From an uncultured delta proteobacterium (GTDB lineage Bacteria > Myxococcota > Myxococcia > Myxococcales > Anaeromyxobacteraceae): DNA of 64,000 nucleotides. Location of the stretch: positions 1-64,000 of the forward strand of contig CAVYBH010000007.1 of NCBI GenBank assembly GCA_963766715.1, written 5' to 3'. Positions 22,623 through 31,943 of the stretch are shown piece after piece. Each line of letters starts with the position of its first letter. Position 1 is the first letter of the stretch. The notes under the pieces are model-generated. The model worked only from the letters and a program-made list of their open reading frames with translations, made no database searches and was not told where the DNA came from. The position numbers and the translations under genes were made by a program.

Positions 22623-23946
22623 CTACTCGCTCCCGTCGCCCTCGTCCTCCCCGACGACGGGCCGGGGAGCGAGCTCGTCCTCGACCAGCGCGTCGGTGGC
22701 GCGCATCCGGGCCGACCGGGCGGCGACGCCGGCCCGGCGCCGCTCGTAGTACCGGCTCACCTTGGGGAGGCTGAACCGGTTCATGGTCACCGAATGGGTG
22801 GCGATGGCGTTCAGCCGGTCGACGTCGATGAACCACTCGGGCAGGTACACCGGGCCCACCACGAGCCCCTCGTCCACCAGCTCGCGCACCAGCGCGGCGT
22901 GATCGACGCTCATCTTGCCCGCCAGGAAGGAGCGAACGAGATCGAGGTCGCGCTGCTCGAGCGCGGCGCGGAGGAAGTTGAAGGTCCGGCAGTAGCCTCG
23001 CTGGTAGGCGGCGTCCTTCGTGAACGGCGCGCCTCCCTCGACCACGCCCCCGCGGAAGACCCGCTCCGCCATCTGGGCGGCCTTGGGCGGCGCGAAGCGC
23101 GCGAGCAGGTAGCGGTAGACCTCGAGGAAGTCGGCGCCGCGCGCGGCCATGTCGATGGCGATGGTCCGCTCGCCCAGCTCGATGTAGCGCTCGTCGGTGA
23201 TGTTGCCGGTCAGGTACTCGGCGACGATCCCCCCGCCCTCCTGCGACTCGGTGTGCCGGGCCAGCCCCACCCCGAGGACCGTGAGCACCGGCTGCCGGAA
23301 GCCGTTCAGCGAGGTGAGGACGTGCCAGAGCCCCTCGTGGTGGGCCAGCGCGCGCACCTGGCGGGGGGAGAAGCGCGCCCCCTTCTTGAGCGTGATGCGG
23401 GTCGCCCCCGCGGCGGCGTTGGCGGTGAGGCGGGACCGCACCGTCACCCTCACCTGCCCGCCCAGGAGCGGGTCGCAGAATCTCGTGGACGAGGCGGGCG
23501 GCCTTCTCTGCGGAGAGGCTCTGCTCCTCGTCGCGGGCCCGCGGACGCGACGCCCAGAGCCGGGCGATGGCCAGGTTGTCGGCCTGCACGTCGGGGAAGC
23601 GGTCGCGGGGGTCGCCGAAGATGCGGCGGGAGAGATCGTAGAAGCGGCGGGTGCCCCGGGCGGCGAGCATCTCGGCGACGAGCGCGAACTCGTCGCACTT
23701 CTCCCGGAGCAGCTCCTCCACCGGGTTCTTCCCCCGGATGTGCCGCCGCAGCTCGCGCAGCTCGCGGAGCTTGTCCTTCACGTCGTAGCCGAGCGGCGCG
23801 TACTCGGGCCGGGGCAGCTCGCGGCAGTCGGCCTTGAAGAACTGGGCGTGGACGCGCGGCCCCCAGTTGATGGCCTTCAGGATGCGGATGGGACGCTGGA
23901 TCGCGATCAGCTGATCGGAGAGGCGGCGGAGGGATTCGCGCGTCAC
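22623..23946 (-). CDS. DUF1704 / QEGLA-motif metallopeptidase (Tyr/Phe carboxypeptidase-like); frameshift near 23465
   Basis: IRILKAINW, HHEGLWHVLT..NG..QP, TESQEGG, GADFLEVY, RVFRGG, FTKDAAY; two overlapping ORFs join into one protein. Confidence 0.82.
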
Positions 23947-24038
23947 GTGCGAAGGCTAGCACGGGCCGCGGCGCGGACGGGCGGCGACGGCGCGGACGCC
24001 CGGACGGCCGGGACGCAGGGGCTTTCCGGCCTCCGGCG

Positions 24039-24054
24039 CGGCACGCGGGATGCT
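24039..24054 (+). promoter_or_regulatory. Sigma-54 (-24/-12) promoter of the T3SS-like operon
   Basis: CGGCACGCGGGATGCT is GG-N10-GC, 28 nt before ATG 24082, with an AGGAGG RBS at 24068. Confidence 0.6.
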
Positions 24055-24081
24055 CCAGGCCGCCCACAGGAGGTCGTCCAC

Positions 24082-24514
24082 ATGGAACCCATCACGACGG
24101 TCATGGTCGCACCCACCGCGGATCGAAAGACCGCGCCCTCGAGCTTCGGAGCCACCCTCCGCGCGGCCGCGGCAGGCGCCGCCGAGGGGCTCTCCGCGGC
24201 GGCGGGGCTCCTCGCCCCGCTCGCTCCCGCCGGGATGATCCTGGCCGGAGCGGTCCGCGGCGCGACGCAGGGGCTCGGAGAGCGGGGCGCGCGCCGCCCC
24301 GCCGGCGGCGTCTCCGGGCACCGTCGCCGGCTCGGGGAGCGGCGACTCCTTCGAGGCCGCCCGCCTCCTCCAGCAGGAGGGGCAGAGCTTCAACCTGCGC
24401 TACCTCGAGCTGCAGGAGCGGCTCCAGCGGGAGACGCGGGAGTTCACCGCCCTCTCCAACGTGATGAAGGTCCGGCACGACGCGGCCCGCGCGGCCATCC
24501 AGAACGTCCAGTGA
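24082..24514 (+). CDS. Small protein with T3SS needle/filament-like C-terminal helix (SctF-like candidate); frameshift near 24290
   Basis: Strong RBS; C-terminal frame reads QQEGQSFNLRYLELQERLQRETREFTALSNVMKVRHDAARAAIQNVQ*; first gene before SctI and SctJ. Confidence 0.6.
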
Positions 24515-24870
24515 ACCCCGTCGCGCCGCTCCGCGTCGTCGATCTCACCGCGAAGGCCGCTCCCGTGGCGCCAGCCCCGGTGGCGGTCCTCCGCCGGGAC
24601 CTCTTCTCCGCGCCCCCGTCGCGCCGCGCGCCGCTTCCGGCCGGCCCCCAGGCGGCGGGCTGGGCGGCCCCGCTCGGGGAGATCGAGCGGGCCCGGGCCC
24701 GGCTCGACGGCATGCTCGCCGAGGCCCGGCGCGGCCGGTCGTTCAGCGCCCAGGAGCTCCTCCTGCTCCAGTCCGACGCCCACCGCTTCGCGCAGTCGGT
24801 GGAGCTCGCGTCCCGGGCGGTCGAGCACGGGGTCCAGGGGCTCCGCCAGGCCCTCCAGGCCCAGGTATGA
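24511..24870 (+). CDS. T3SS inner rod protein (SctI/YscI/HrpB2-like)
   Basis: C-terminus FSAQELLLLQSDAHRFAQSVELASRAVEHGVQGLRQALQAQV; lies directly upstream of SctJ. Confidence 0.72.
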   Translation: MNPVAPLRVVDLTAKAAPVAPAPVAVLRRDLFSAPPSRRAPLPAGPQAAGWAAPLGEIERARARLDGMLAEARRGRSFSAQELLLLQSDAHRFAQSVELASRAVEHGVQGLRQALQAQV

Positions 24871-25583
24871 CCGCTCCGCGACGGCTCCTCTCCCTCGCCG
24901 TCCTCGCGGCGACCTCGGCCTGCGGCGACGAGGTGATCCTCCACCGCCTCGACGAGGGCCAGGCGAACCAGGTCCTCGTCGCGCTCGGCGACGCGGGTGT
25001 CACCGCGCGGAAGGCGCGGGACGCGGGCGACGAGACCAGCTTCGAGGTGGCCGTCCGGCACGTCGAGGCGCCTCGCGCCCGCGGCGTGCTCTCGTCCAGG
25101 GACCTTCCCCGCGCGCGAGCCCCGGGGTTCGCGGATCTCTTCGGGAGCGCCGGGCTCGTCCCCTCTCCCCTCGAGGAGCACGCCCGCTACCTTCACGCGC
25201 TGTCGGGCGAGCTCTCGCGAACCGTCGAGGCGCTCGACGGCGTCGTCTCCGCGCGCGTCCACCTCGCCCTGCCCGTGCCCGATCCGCTCCGCCCGGAAGC
25301 GCGGCGGACGCCTCGCGCCTCCGTCCTGGTGAAGTGCGCCCCCGGGGCGCGAGGGCGCCTCGAGGAACAGTCCGACGGGCTGCGCCGGCTCGTGTCCGGC
25401 GCGGCCGAGGGGCTGGAGCCGGCCGGGGTCGCCGTCGTGATCTCCGAGTCGGCTCCGCCCCCTCCACTCCCGCCGGAGCGCCCGGTGTCGCGATCCTGGC
25501 TGGCGGGTTCCGCGCTGGCGCTCGCGGTGATCTGCGGCGCCGGCGCGCTCACGCTCGGCCGCCGGAGAGCCGACGCTCCGTGA
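24867..25583 (+). CDS. sctJ: T3SS inner-membrane ring lipoprotein SctJ (YscJ/HrcJ)
   Basis: Lipobox TSAC, LDEGQANQVLVAL, LVPSPLEEHARY..LSGELSRT, DGVVSARVHL, ASVLVK, C-terminal TM. Confidence 0.9.
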   Translation: MTAPRRLLSLAVLAATSACGDEVILHRLDEGQANQVLVALGDAGVTARKARDAGDETSFEVAVRHVEAPRARGVLSSRDLPRARAPGFADLFGSAGLVPSPLEEHARYLHALSGELSRTVEALDGVVSARVHLALPVPDPLRPEARRTPRASVLVKCAPGARGRLEEQSDGLRRLVSGAAEGLEPAGVAVVISESAPPPPLPPERPVSRSWLAGSALALAVICGAGALTLGRRRADAP

Positions 25584-25870
25584 ACGCCCCTCTTCGCGTC
25601 GTCGCGCTGGCCGCGACCCTGGTGCCCGACCGGGCCGCCCGCGTGCTCGATCGCCACCTCGGGGTCGGACCTCCCGAGGTCGCGCGCAGCTCTCCGCCGC
25701 CCGGTGCGATCGACTGAGGCAGCTCGCGCTGGCGCTGGGATCGACCCGGAACGGCGAGCGGACGGGCGGAGAGCCAGGGTCCGTCGAGCAGACTGCCGTA
25801 CGCGAGGCGGACCGGGCCGGGCGCCTCGGCGTCGGAGAGCCCGGGGCGACTCCCCCGGCATGGAGGGTGC
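25580..25870 (+). CDS. Short hypothetical protein in the SctK position (frame uncertain)
   Basis: GTGA-coupled to sctJ; reads VNAPLRVVALAATLVPDRAARVLDR before the frame becomes unclear. Confidence 0.3.
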
Positions 25871-26874
25871 TTTCCCGGAACGGACGTGCTTCCCTTCGAG
25901 CTGCGAACGGTTTCCCCGGGGCTGGCAGAGGTCGGCGGGGCGCTGCGGGTCCTCGGCGAGCGGGTCGCTCGCTCGGCTGCGACCGGTCTCGCGTCCGTCC
26001 TGGGAGGGGAGGTGTCCGTTCGCGGCCGCCTCCTTCCGGGCGTACCGGAGCCGGGCGCCTCCGCGCTCGTCCCGCTCGAGCTCACGGCGCTGGCCGGGCA
26101 GGCCTCTCTCCTGGTCGATTGCGGCTTCGCGTCCCGGCTGGCCGAGCGCGTCGCAGGCGCCACGCCTCGCGCCCCCGTCGCCACCTCGATCTCCGCCGGC
26201 CGCCCGCGCCGTCGTCGAGCTGGCCGTCCTCGGTGCGCTCGACGGGATGGCGGCCGAGACCGACGTCGAGACCGCCCTGGCTCCTCGCCTGGGGATCCGG
26301 GAGGGCGCGCCGGCTCGCCCGCTCTGCGTGGAGCTCACCATCGCCGCGGCCGGAACGGAGGGGAGAGCCCTGCTGGTCCTTCCCGGCGACGCGCTCCGCG
26401 CCCTCTCCCGGACCGTCGAGCTGCCCGGGCATCTCGCCGAGCGTCGCCGTGCCGGGATCGCTCCGGAGCGGGTCGACGTGTCTTCCGCCCTCCGAGCTCG
26501 CGTCGTTCCGGGAGGGCGACGTCCTCGTCCTCGACACGGCTCCCGGCGAGCGGGCCACGCTCCGCCTTCGCGGCGGGCTCTCCGCGACCGGCCGGCTCGA
26601 CGGTGATTCCCTCGAGGTGACGGAGGTGGCCTTGGACCGAAACGAGCTGGAAGCGGAGGACCTGCCCGTCGTCCTGGACGTGGAGCTGGCGTCGGTGCCC
26701 GTTCCGCTCCGCGACGTGGCCCGGATCGCCCCGGGGGCCCTGCTCCTGCTGGGGCTCGACCGCGACGGACGGGTCGCGCTCCGGATCGGCGAGCGCACCG
26801 TCGCCCACGGCGAGCTCGTGGAGGTGGACGGGGCCGTGGGGGTGCGCATCCTCGCCCTGGAGCCTGCACCGTGA
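25860..26874 (+). CDS. sctQ: T3SS cytoplasmic ring protein SctQ (FliM/FliN SpoA domains); several frameshifts
   Basis: C-terminal SpoA domain DLPVVLDVELA..VALRIGERTVAHGELVEVDGAVGVRI; the N-terminal part is spread over three frames. Confidence 0.82.
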
Positions 26875-27182
26875 GGCGCCCGTTCCTGCGCCGGGCCGCG
26901 TCGCTCGCACCGGTCGCCCTCCTCGCCTCCTGCGGCGAGGCCCCGGCCAGCGCGATGCGGGCGTCGGCCCTGATCGGGGCGCTCGCGCTCGCCGGGGCGC
27001 TCGTCCGGCGCCGGCGGGGGGCGCATCCGGGCGACGGGGCCCTGGAGGTGACGTCCCGGGCCTGGCTGGGTCGCGACGCGGGCGTCGCCCTCGTCCGCGC
27101 ACACGGGGAGGCGTTCCTCGTCGGCTTCGGGCGCGAGGGCGTCCGGCTCCTCTCCCGCCTCGGACGAACGGGCCCGCCATGA
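26871..27182 (+). CDS. FliO-like small membrane protein
   Basis: TM segment followed by LEVTSRAWLGRDAGVALVRAHGEAFLVGFGREGVRLL, a FliO-type beta domain; sits between the FliN-like and FliP-like genes. Confidence 0.7.
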   Translation: MRRPFLRRAASLAPVALLASCGEAPASAMRASALIGALALAGALVRRRRGAHPGDGALEVTSRAWLGRDAGVALVRAHGEAFLVGFGREGVRLLSRLGRTGPP

Positions 27183-27850
27183 TCGCACCGGCCCTCGCGC
27201 AGGCGCTGCCGGGCGAGCGCCCCCTGGAGCTGCTGCTCCTCCTCGGAGCCCTGGCGCTCGCTCCCCTCGCGATCGTCACGCTCACCTCCTTCCTGAAGGT
27301 GGTGGTCGTCCTCTCCGTGCTCCGCTCCGCGCTCGGCGCGCCCCAGGTCCCGCCCAACGCAGCGGTGACCGGACTGGCGCTGCTCGTCACCTTGCTCGTC
27401 ATGCAGCCGGTCGCGGAGGCCTGCCGGGAACGCTGGAAGGAGGGCCCTCCGCCTCGCGGCCCGGAGGAGACTCTCGCCGCCGCCTCGAGGGCCGCCGAGC
27501 CGCTGCGGGCCTTCCTGGCCCGCTTCGCCGCTCCGTCCGACCGGCGCGCCTTCGCCGACCTGGCGGCGCGCGCGGGGGGAATCGCTGCCTCGGCCGACGG
27601 CACGGAGGACTTCCGCGTCCTCGCGCCGGCCTTCGTCGTCTCCGAGCTCCGTCGCGCCTTCACCATCGGGTTCCTGGTGTTCCTCCCCTTCCTCGTCGTC
27701 GACCTGGCCGTGGCGAACGTGCTGCTCTCGCTCGGGCTCACCCAGCTCTCGCCGACGGCCGTCGCCCTCCCCTTCAAGCTGCTCCTGCTCGTCGCGGTCG
27801 ACGGCTTCGGCCTGCTCGCCCGGGGACTTGCCGCCGGCTACCTCCGCTGA
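27179..27850 (+). CDS. sctR: Export apparatus SctR (FliP family)
   Basis: TSFLKVVVVLSVLRSALG..QVPPN, PAFVVSELRRAF.IGF..FLPFLVVDL, ALPFKLLL..DG. Confidence 0.93.
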   Translation: MIAPALAQALPGERPLELLLLLGALALAPLAIVTLTSFLKVVVVLSVLRSALGAPQVPPNAAVTGLALLVTLLVMQPVAEACRERWKEGPPPRGPEETLAAASRAAEPLRAFLARFAAPSDRRAFADLAARAGGIAASADGTEDFRVLAPAFVVSELRRAFTIGFLVFLPFLVVDLAVANVLLSLGLTQLSPTAVALPFKLLLLVAVDGFGLLARGLAAGYLR

Positions 27851-28124
27851 GGACGACCTGGATCCGAGCGTCCTGACCGCCGGCCGCGAGGCGCTCCTGG
27901 TCGCCCTGGTGGTCTCGGCGCCGCCTCTCGCAGCGGCGCTCCTCGTCGGCCTCGTCTCCGGCGCTCTCCAGGCGGCGACCCAGATCCAGGACCACTCGCT
28001 CGGGGCGGTTCCCCGCCTGGCCGCCGTCCTGGTGGCGACCGGCCTGGCCGCACCATGGGCCGCCGCGCGACTGGCGCGCTTCGGGCAGGCCTGCCTCGAG
28101 GCTGCGCTGCGCCTGCCTCCATGA
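27828..28124 (+). CDS. sctS: Export apparatus SctS (FliQ family); true start probably near 27858
   Basis: VGLVSGALQAATQIQDHSLGAVPRL. Confidence 0.9.
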   Translation: MPPATSAEDDLDPSVLTAGREALLVALVVSAPPLAAALLVGLVSGALQAATQIQDHSLGAVPRLAAVLVATGLAAPWAAARLARFGQACLEAALRLPP

Positions 28125-28894
28125 GCGGCCCCATCGACCTCGGCGCCGTGGCCGCCGCCGCGCTCGACCTGGGCGCCTGCTCGCTCCGCCTGATCCCGGT
28201 GGTGGCGCTGTCCCCTTTCCTCGGCGGACCGGTTCTCCCTCCGGTGGCGCGCGCGGCGCTCGCCCTCACCCTGGGCGCGGTGGCCCGGACCGCGGGAGCG
28301 GGCCTTCCCCCGGGCCGACCCTTCCTCGAGGTCGCGGCCTCGGAGCTCGCGCTGGGTGCGGTGCTCGCCTTCGCGGCCACCCTCCCGGTGGAGGCGGCGC
28401 GGGGAGCGGGCCGGCTCGTCGACACGCTGCGGGGTGCGACCCTGGGAGAGCTGCACGTGGCCCCGATCCGGCAGCGCGAGACCGCCCTCGGGGACCTGCT
28501 CGCGCAGTGGACGGTGGCGCTCGCCGGCTGGGTGGGGGCCGACCGCCTGCTCCTGGCCTCGCTCCTCGACACCTACAGGGTCATCCCGGTGGGTGCGGCA
28601 GTGGACGGCACGCTGCGCGCGGGGGGCGCTGCCGCCTCGGCCGGTGAGCTCCTCTCGGCCGCCCTCTGCCTGGGCGCGCCGGCCGCTGCGGCGCTGCTCT
28701 GCGCCGACCTCGCACTCTCCGTGGCCGCCCGCCTGGCGCCCCGGCCGGCGCTCCTCGACGCGGCGCCGCCGGCACGCGCCGCGCTGGGGATCGTGGCGGT
28801 GGCGCTGCCGGCCGCGGCCATCGGAGGGCGGCTGGTGGAGCTCGTGGCGCTCTCCAGCGGGATCGTCCATCGGGTCGCCGGCGGTGCGCCGTGA
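28121..28894 (+). CDS. sctT: Export apparatus SctT (FliR family)
   Basis: Hydrophobic; SPFLGG, ELALG, AGRLVDTLRG, DLALSVAARLAP; follows sctS. Confidence 0.85.
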   Translation: MSGPIDLGAVAAAALDLGACSLRLIPVVALSPFLGGPVLPPVARAALALTLGAVARTAGAGLPPGRPFLEVAASELALGAVLAFAATLPVEAARGAGRLVDTLRGATLGELHVAPIRQRETALGDLLAQWTVALAGWVGADRLLLASLLDTYRVIPVGAAVDGTLRAGGAAASAGELLSAALCLGAPAAAALLCADLALSVAARLAPRPALLDAAPPARAALGIVAVALPAAAIGGRLVELVALSSGIVHRVAGGAP

Positions 28895-29924
28895 GCCGGA
28901 GCTTTCCTCCGTCGCCGCGTCGCCTCCGCGAGGCTCGTCGCCGGGGTGAGGTCCCGGTGAGCCGGACCCTCGTCGGCCTGGGAGCCGCCGTCGCCGGGCT
29001 CGCCGCCGTCGGGGCTTCCCTGCCGGAAGTGGCCCGGGAGCAGGCCGGAGCGCTGCGGCGTGCGCTGCAGGCGGCGGTCGCGGGAACCGATCCCGTGCCG
29101 CTCGACCTCGCCCTCGAGGCGCTTCACGGCGTGGGGCGACTCGCGCTTCCGCCCGCCGCCGCGGCCTGCGCGGGCGCGCTCCTCGCCGGGCTGGCGCAGA
29201 CCGGCGGCGCCTTCGCACCCGAGGCCCTGCGGACGCGCGGGTCCCGCCTGTCCCCGTCGGCCGGCCTGCGCCGCCTCCTCTCGCCGGCCGCGCTCGGCCG
29301 GTCCGCGTTCACGCTGGCGGTGGGCGCGGCGGCGCTCGCGATCGCCGTTCCTGGCCCTCGCGGCCCAGGCCCCCACGCTGGCCCGGCTCCCGAGGCTCCT
29401 TCCGGGGAGCGCGTGGAGCTCCGCAGCCTCCGTGGTCGCCTCCGCCGCCGGACCTCTCGCCCTGCTCCTCGCCCTCGCCGGCGCGGGCGAGCTCCTGCTC
29501 GTGCGTCACCGCCACCTGTCGAGCCCTCCGGATGACCCGCTCCGAGCTGGAGCGGGACCAGCGCGAGGACGAGGGCGATCCCCGCCTGAGATCCGAGCGG
29601 CGGCGCATCCATGCCTCCCTCGCCCGGTCGGGAGCGCGAGCCGCCTGCGTCGTGGTCAACCCGACCCACCTCGCCGTCGCGCTCTCCCACCGGGCGGGCG
29701 CCGACGACCCGCCGTTCGTCCTCGCCAAGGCGTCGGGCGCCCGCGCCGCATCGCTCCGGCGGGAGGCGCGCCGGCTCGGCGTCCCGGTGATCCACGACCG
29801 TCCGCTCGCGCGCGCCCTGTTCCGGCTGGCGGACGTCGGCGAGGCCATTCCCGAGGAGCTCTACGAGGCGACGGCCGCGGTGCTGGCGTACGTGCACGCC
29901 CTCGCGCGAGGGGACGGGCCGTGA
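28891..29924 (+). CDS. sctU: Export switch protein SctU (FlhB family); frameshifts near 29350 and 29530
   Basis: PSPRRLREARRRGEVPVS, MTRSELERDQREDEGDP, autocleavage motif NPTH, PLARALF, IPEELYEATA. Confidence 0.9.
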
Positions 29925-31936
29925 AGCCCGTCCGGGCGCCGGCAGGCCGCTGGCTCCGGCTTCGCGGAGCGGCCGAGCTCGCGCCGGGGGCCGCGGTGGT
30001 GGGGGTGGTGGCGCTGCTCTTCATCCCGGTGGGCCCCGGGGTCATCGACGTCCTTCTCGCGGCGAGCCTCGGGATCTCCGCTTCCGTCCTCCTGGCCACC
30101 CTGCTGGCGCCCGACGCGCTCCGCCTCTCGGCGTTTCCCGCGCTGCTGCTCCTCACCACGCTGCTGCGCCTGTGCGTCGCGGTCGGCTCCACCCGCCTGG
30201 TGCTGACGAGAGGCGAGGCCGGTCGGGTCGTCGAGGCCCTGGGTCGCGTGCTGGTCCAGGGGAACTGGGTGGCGGGAGCGGTGGTCTACGCGATCCTCGC
30301 GCTGGTCCAGCTCCTGGTGATCGCCAAGGGCGCGGAGCGGGTCGCGGAGGTGGCCGCGCGGTTCACGCTCGACGCGCTGCCCGGCAAGCAGATGGCCATC
30401 GACGCCGAGCTCCGGGCGGGCGCCATCGACGCCACCGAGGCCGGACGGCGGCGGCGCGCGCTCGAGCAGGAGAGCCAGCTTCGAGGCGCCATGGACGGCG
30501 CGCTCCGGTTCGTGAAGGGGGACGCGGTGGCCGGCATCGCCATCGCGCTCGTGAACTCGGTCGGGGGATTCGCCTCCGGGCTCCAGCGCGGGATGACGCC
30601 GGGAGCGGCTGCGCGCCGGTACGTGCTGCTCGCCGTGGGCGACGGCCTCGCTTCCCAGATCCCGGCGCTCCTGCTGGCCGTCGCCGCGGGCATCTCGGTC
30701 ACACGGACGGTCAGTGACGAGCGGAGCGTCGCGTCCCACCTCGCCCGCGAGCTCGCCGCCGAGCCCCGCGCCCTCCTCGCGTCGGGGGTCCTCCTCGCTG
30801 CCCTGGGCCTCGCGCCGGGGCTTCCGGCCGCGCCGTTTCTCTCGCTCGCCGCGATCCTCGGGGTCGCCGGGTGGAGGGGACTTCGTCCGCGGAGCGCCGA
30901 GGCGGACCCCGGGCCGGCATCCGGCGGCCCGCAGGGCGTGAACGCTCCTCCGCCCTGCGTGCTGGTGGAGCTCTCGCCGGAACTGCTCGGCTCGCCGGCC
31001 ACCGGCTCCTCGACGCTGCAGGAGACGGCCGCGGCGCTGAAGGGGGAGCTGTGGCGAACGACGGGCGTGCCGATCGGCGGCGTCGCGGTGGTTGCGGCGC
31101 CGCTCCGGCCCGGCGCATGGCGCGTCGTCATCGAGGGCGCCCAGGCGGCCTGCGGCATGGTCGCCCTCGACCGGGCGCTCTGCCTCGTCCCGCCCGACGA
31201 GCTTCGCCTGGCTGGCCTCGCGTCCGCGCCTGGTCGGCATCCGCTCACCGGCGCCCGCGCCGCCCTCGTCGCAATCTCCGATGCGGACCGCGCCCGGGCC
31301 CTGGGCGGAGTCCTCGATCCCCCGAGCCGCGCCCTCGCGGAGGCGCACGCGGCGATCCGGCGCTCGGCGCATCTCCTCGTCGGCGTGCAGGAGGTCCAGG
31401 CGCTGCTCGACTGGCTCGAGCCGTCCGCGCCGGCGCTCGTCCGCGAGGTGGCGCGCCAGATTCCCCCGGCGGTCCTCGGCGAGACCCTGCGCCGGCTCCT
31501 CGAGGAAGGCGTCTCGATCCTGCCCCTGCGCGTGATCCTCGACGCCCTGCTCTCCTTGCCCCCTGGGGCCCCGGCGCCGGTGCTCGCCGATGCGTGCCGC
31601 CGGTCCCTGTCCCGCCACATCGCACAGCCGCTCCTCCGCGGCCGCACCCTCGAGGCGCTCTTGCTCGACCCGGGCGCCGAGCTCGTCCTGCGGGACGCGC
31701 TCCACGGCGACGTCGCGGCGCTATCGCCCTCGCGCGCCCAAAGCCTCGTCGAGTCGGTCGAGTCCGGGCTGACGGCAGCGCCCCACGCCCGGGCGCTGCT
31801 CGCGCCCACGGACGTGCGCCGTCCGCTGCGAAGCTTGCTCGCGCAGAGATTTCCAGAGCTTGCGGTGCTGGGGTACGACGAGCTTCCGCCCGACCTCGCG
31901 GTCAGGCCGGTCGGGCGCGCAGCGTTCTCCGAGTGA
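29921..31936 (+). CDS. sctV: Export gate SctV (FlhA/FHIPEP family)
   Basis: FPALLLLTTLLRL, IAKGAERVAEVAARFTLDALPGKQMAIDAELRAG, GAMDGALRFVKGDA, GDGLASQIPALL, LLEEGVSI. Confidence 0.95.
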   Translation: MKPVRAPAGRWLRLRGAAELAPGAAVVGVVALLFIPVGPGVIDVLLAASLGISASVLLATLLAPDALRLSAFPALLLLTTLLRLCVAVGSTRLVLTRGEAGRVVEALGRVLVQGNWVAGAVVYAILALVQLLVIAKGAERVAEVAARFTLDALPGKQMAIDAELRAGAIDATEAGRRRRALEQESQLRGAMDGALRFVKGDAVAGIAIALVNSVGGFASGLQRGMTPGAAARRYVLLAVGDGLASQIPALLLAVAAGISVTRTVSDERSVASHLARELAAEPRALLASGVLLAALGLAPGLPAAPFLSLAAILGVAGWRGLRPRSAEADPGPASGGPQGVNAPPPCVLVELSPELLGSPATGSSTLQETAAALKGELWRTTGVPIGGVAVVAAPLRPGAWRVVIEGAQAACGMVALDRALCLVPPDELRLAGLASAPGRHPLTGARAALVAISDADRARALGGVLDPPSRALAEAHAAIRRSAHLLVGVQEVQALLDWLEPSAPALVREVARQIPPAVLGETLRRLLEEGVSILPLRVILDALLSLPPGAPAPVLADACRRSLSRHIAQPLLRGRTLEALLLDPGAELVLRDALHGDVAALSPSRAQSLVESVESGLTAAPHARALLAPTDVRRPLRSLLAQRFPELAVLGYDELPPDLAVRPVGRAAFSE

Positions 31937-31943
31937 ATCCGCG

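Noticed and set aside
25193..29218. 1341-aa minus-strand ORF and other long antisense ORFs (e.g. 11710-14004, 32633-35350, 49279-53505)
   Set aside because: Shadow ORFs opposite well-supported genes; Arg/Pro/Gly-rich with no motifs, as expected at this GC content.
24082..31936. Flagellar biosynthesis operon
   Set aside because: The ring protein is a short SctJ lipoprotein, not FliF; an SctI-like rod is present; there are no flg, fliG or mot genes.
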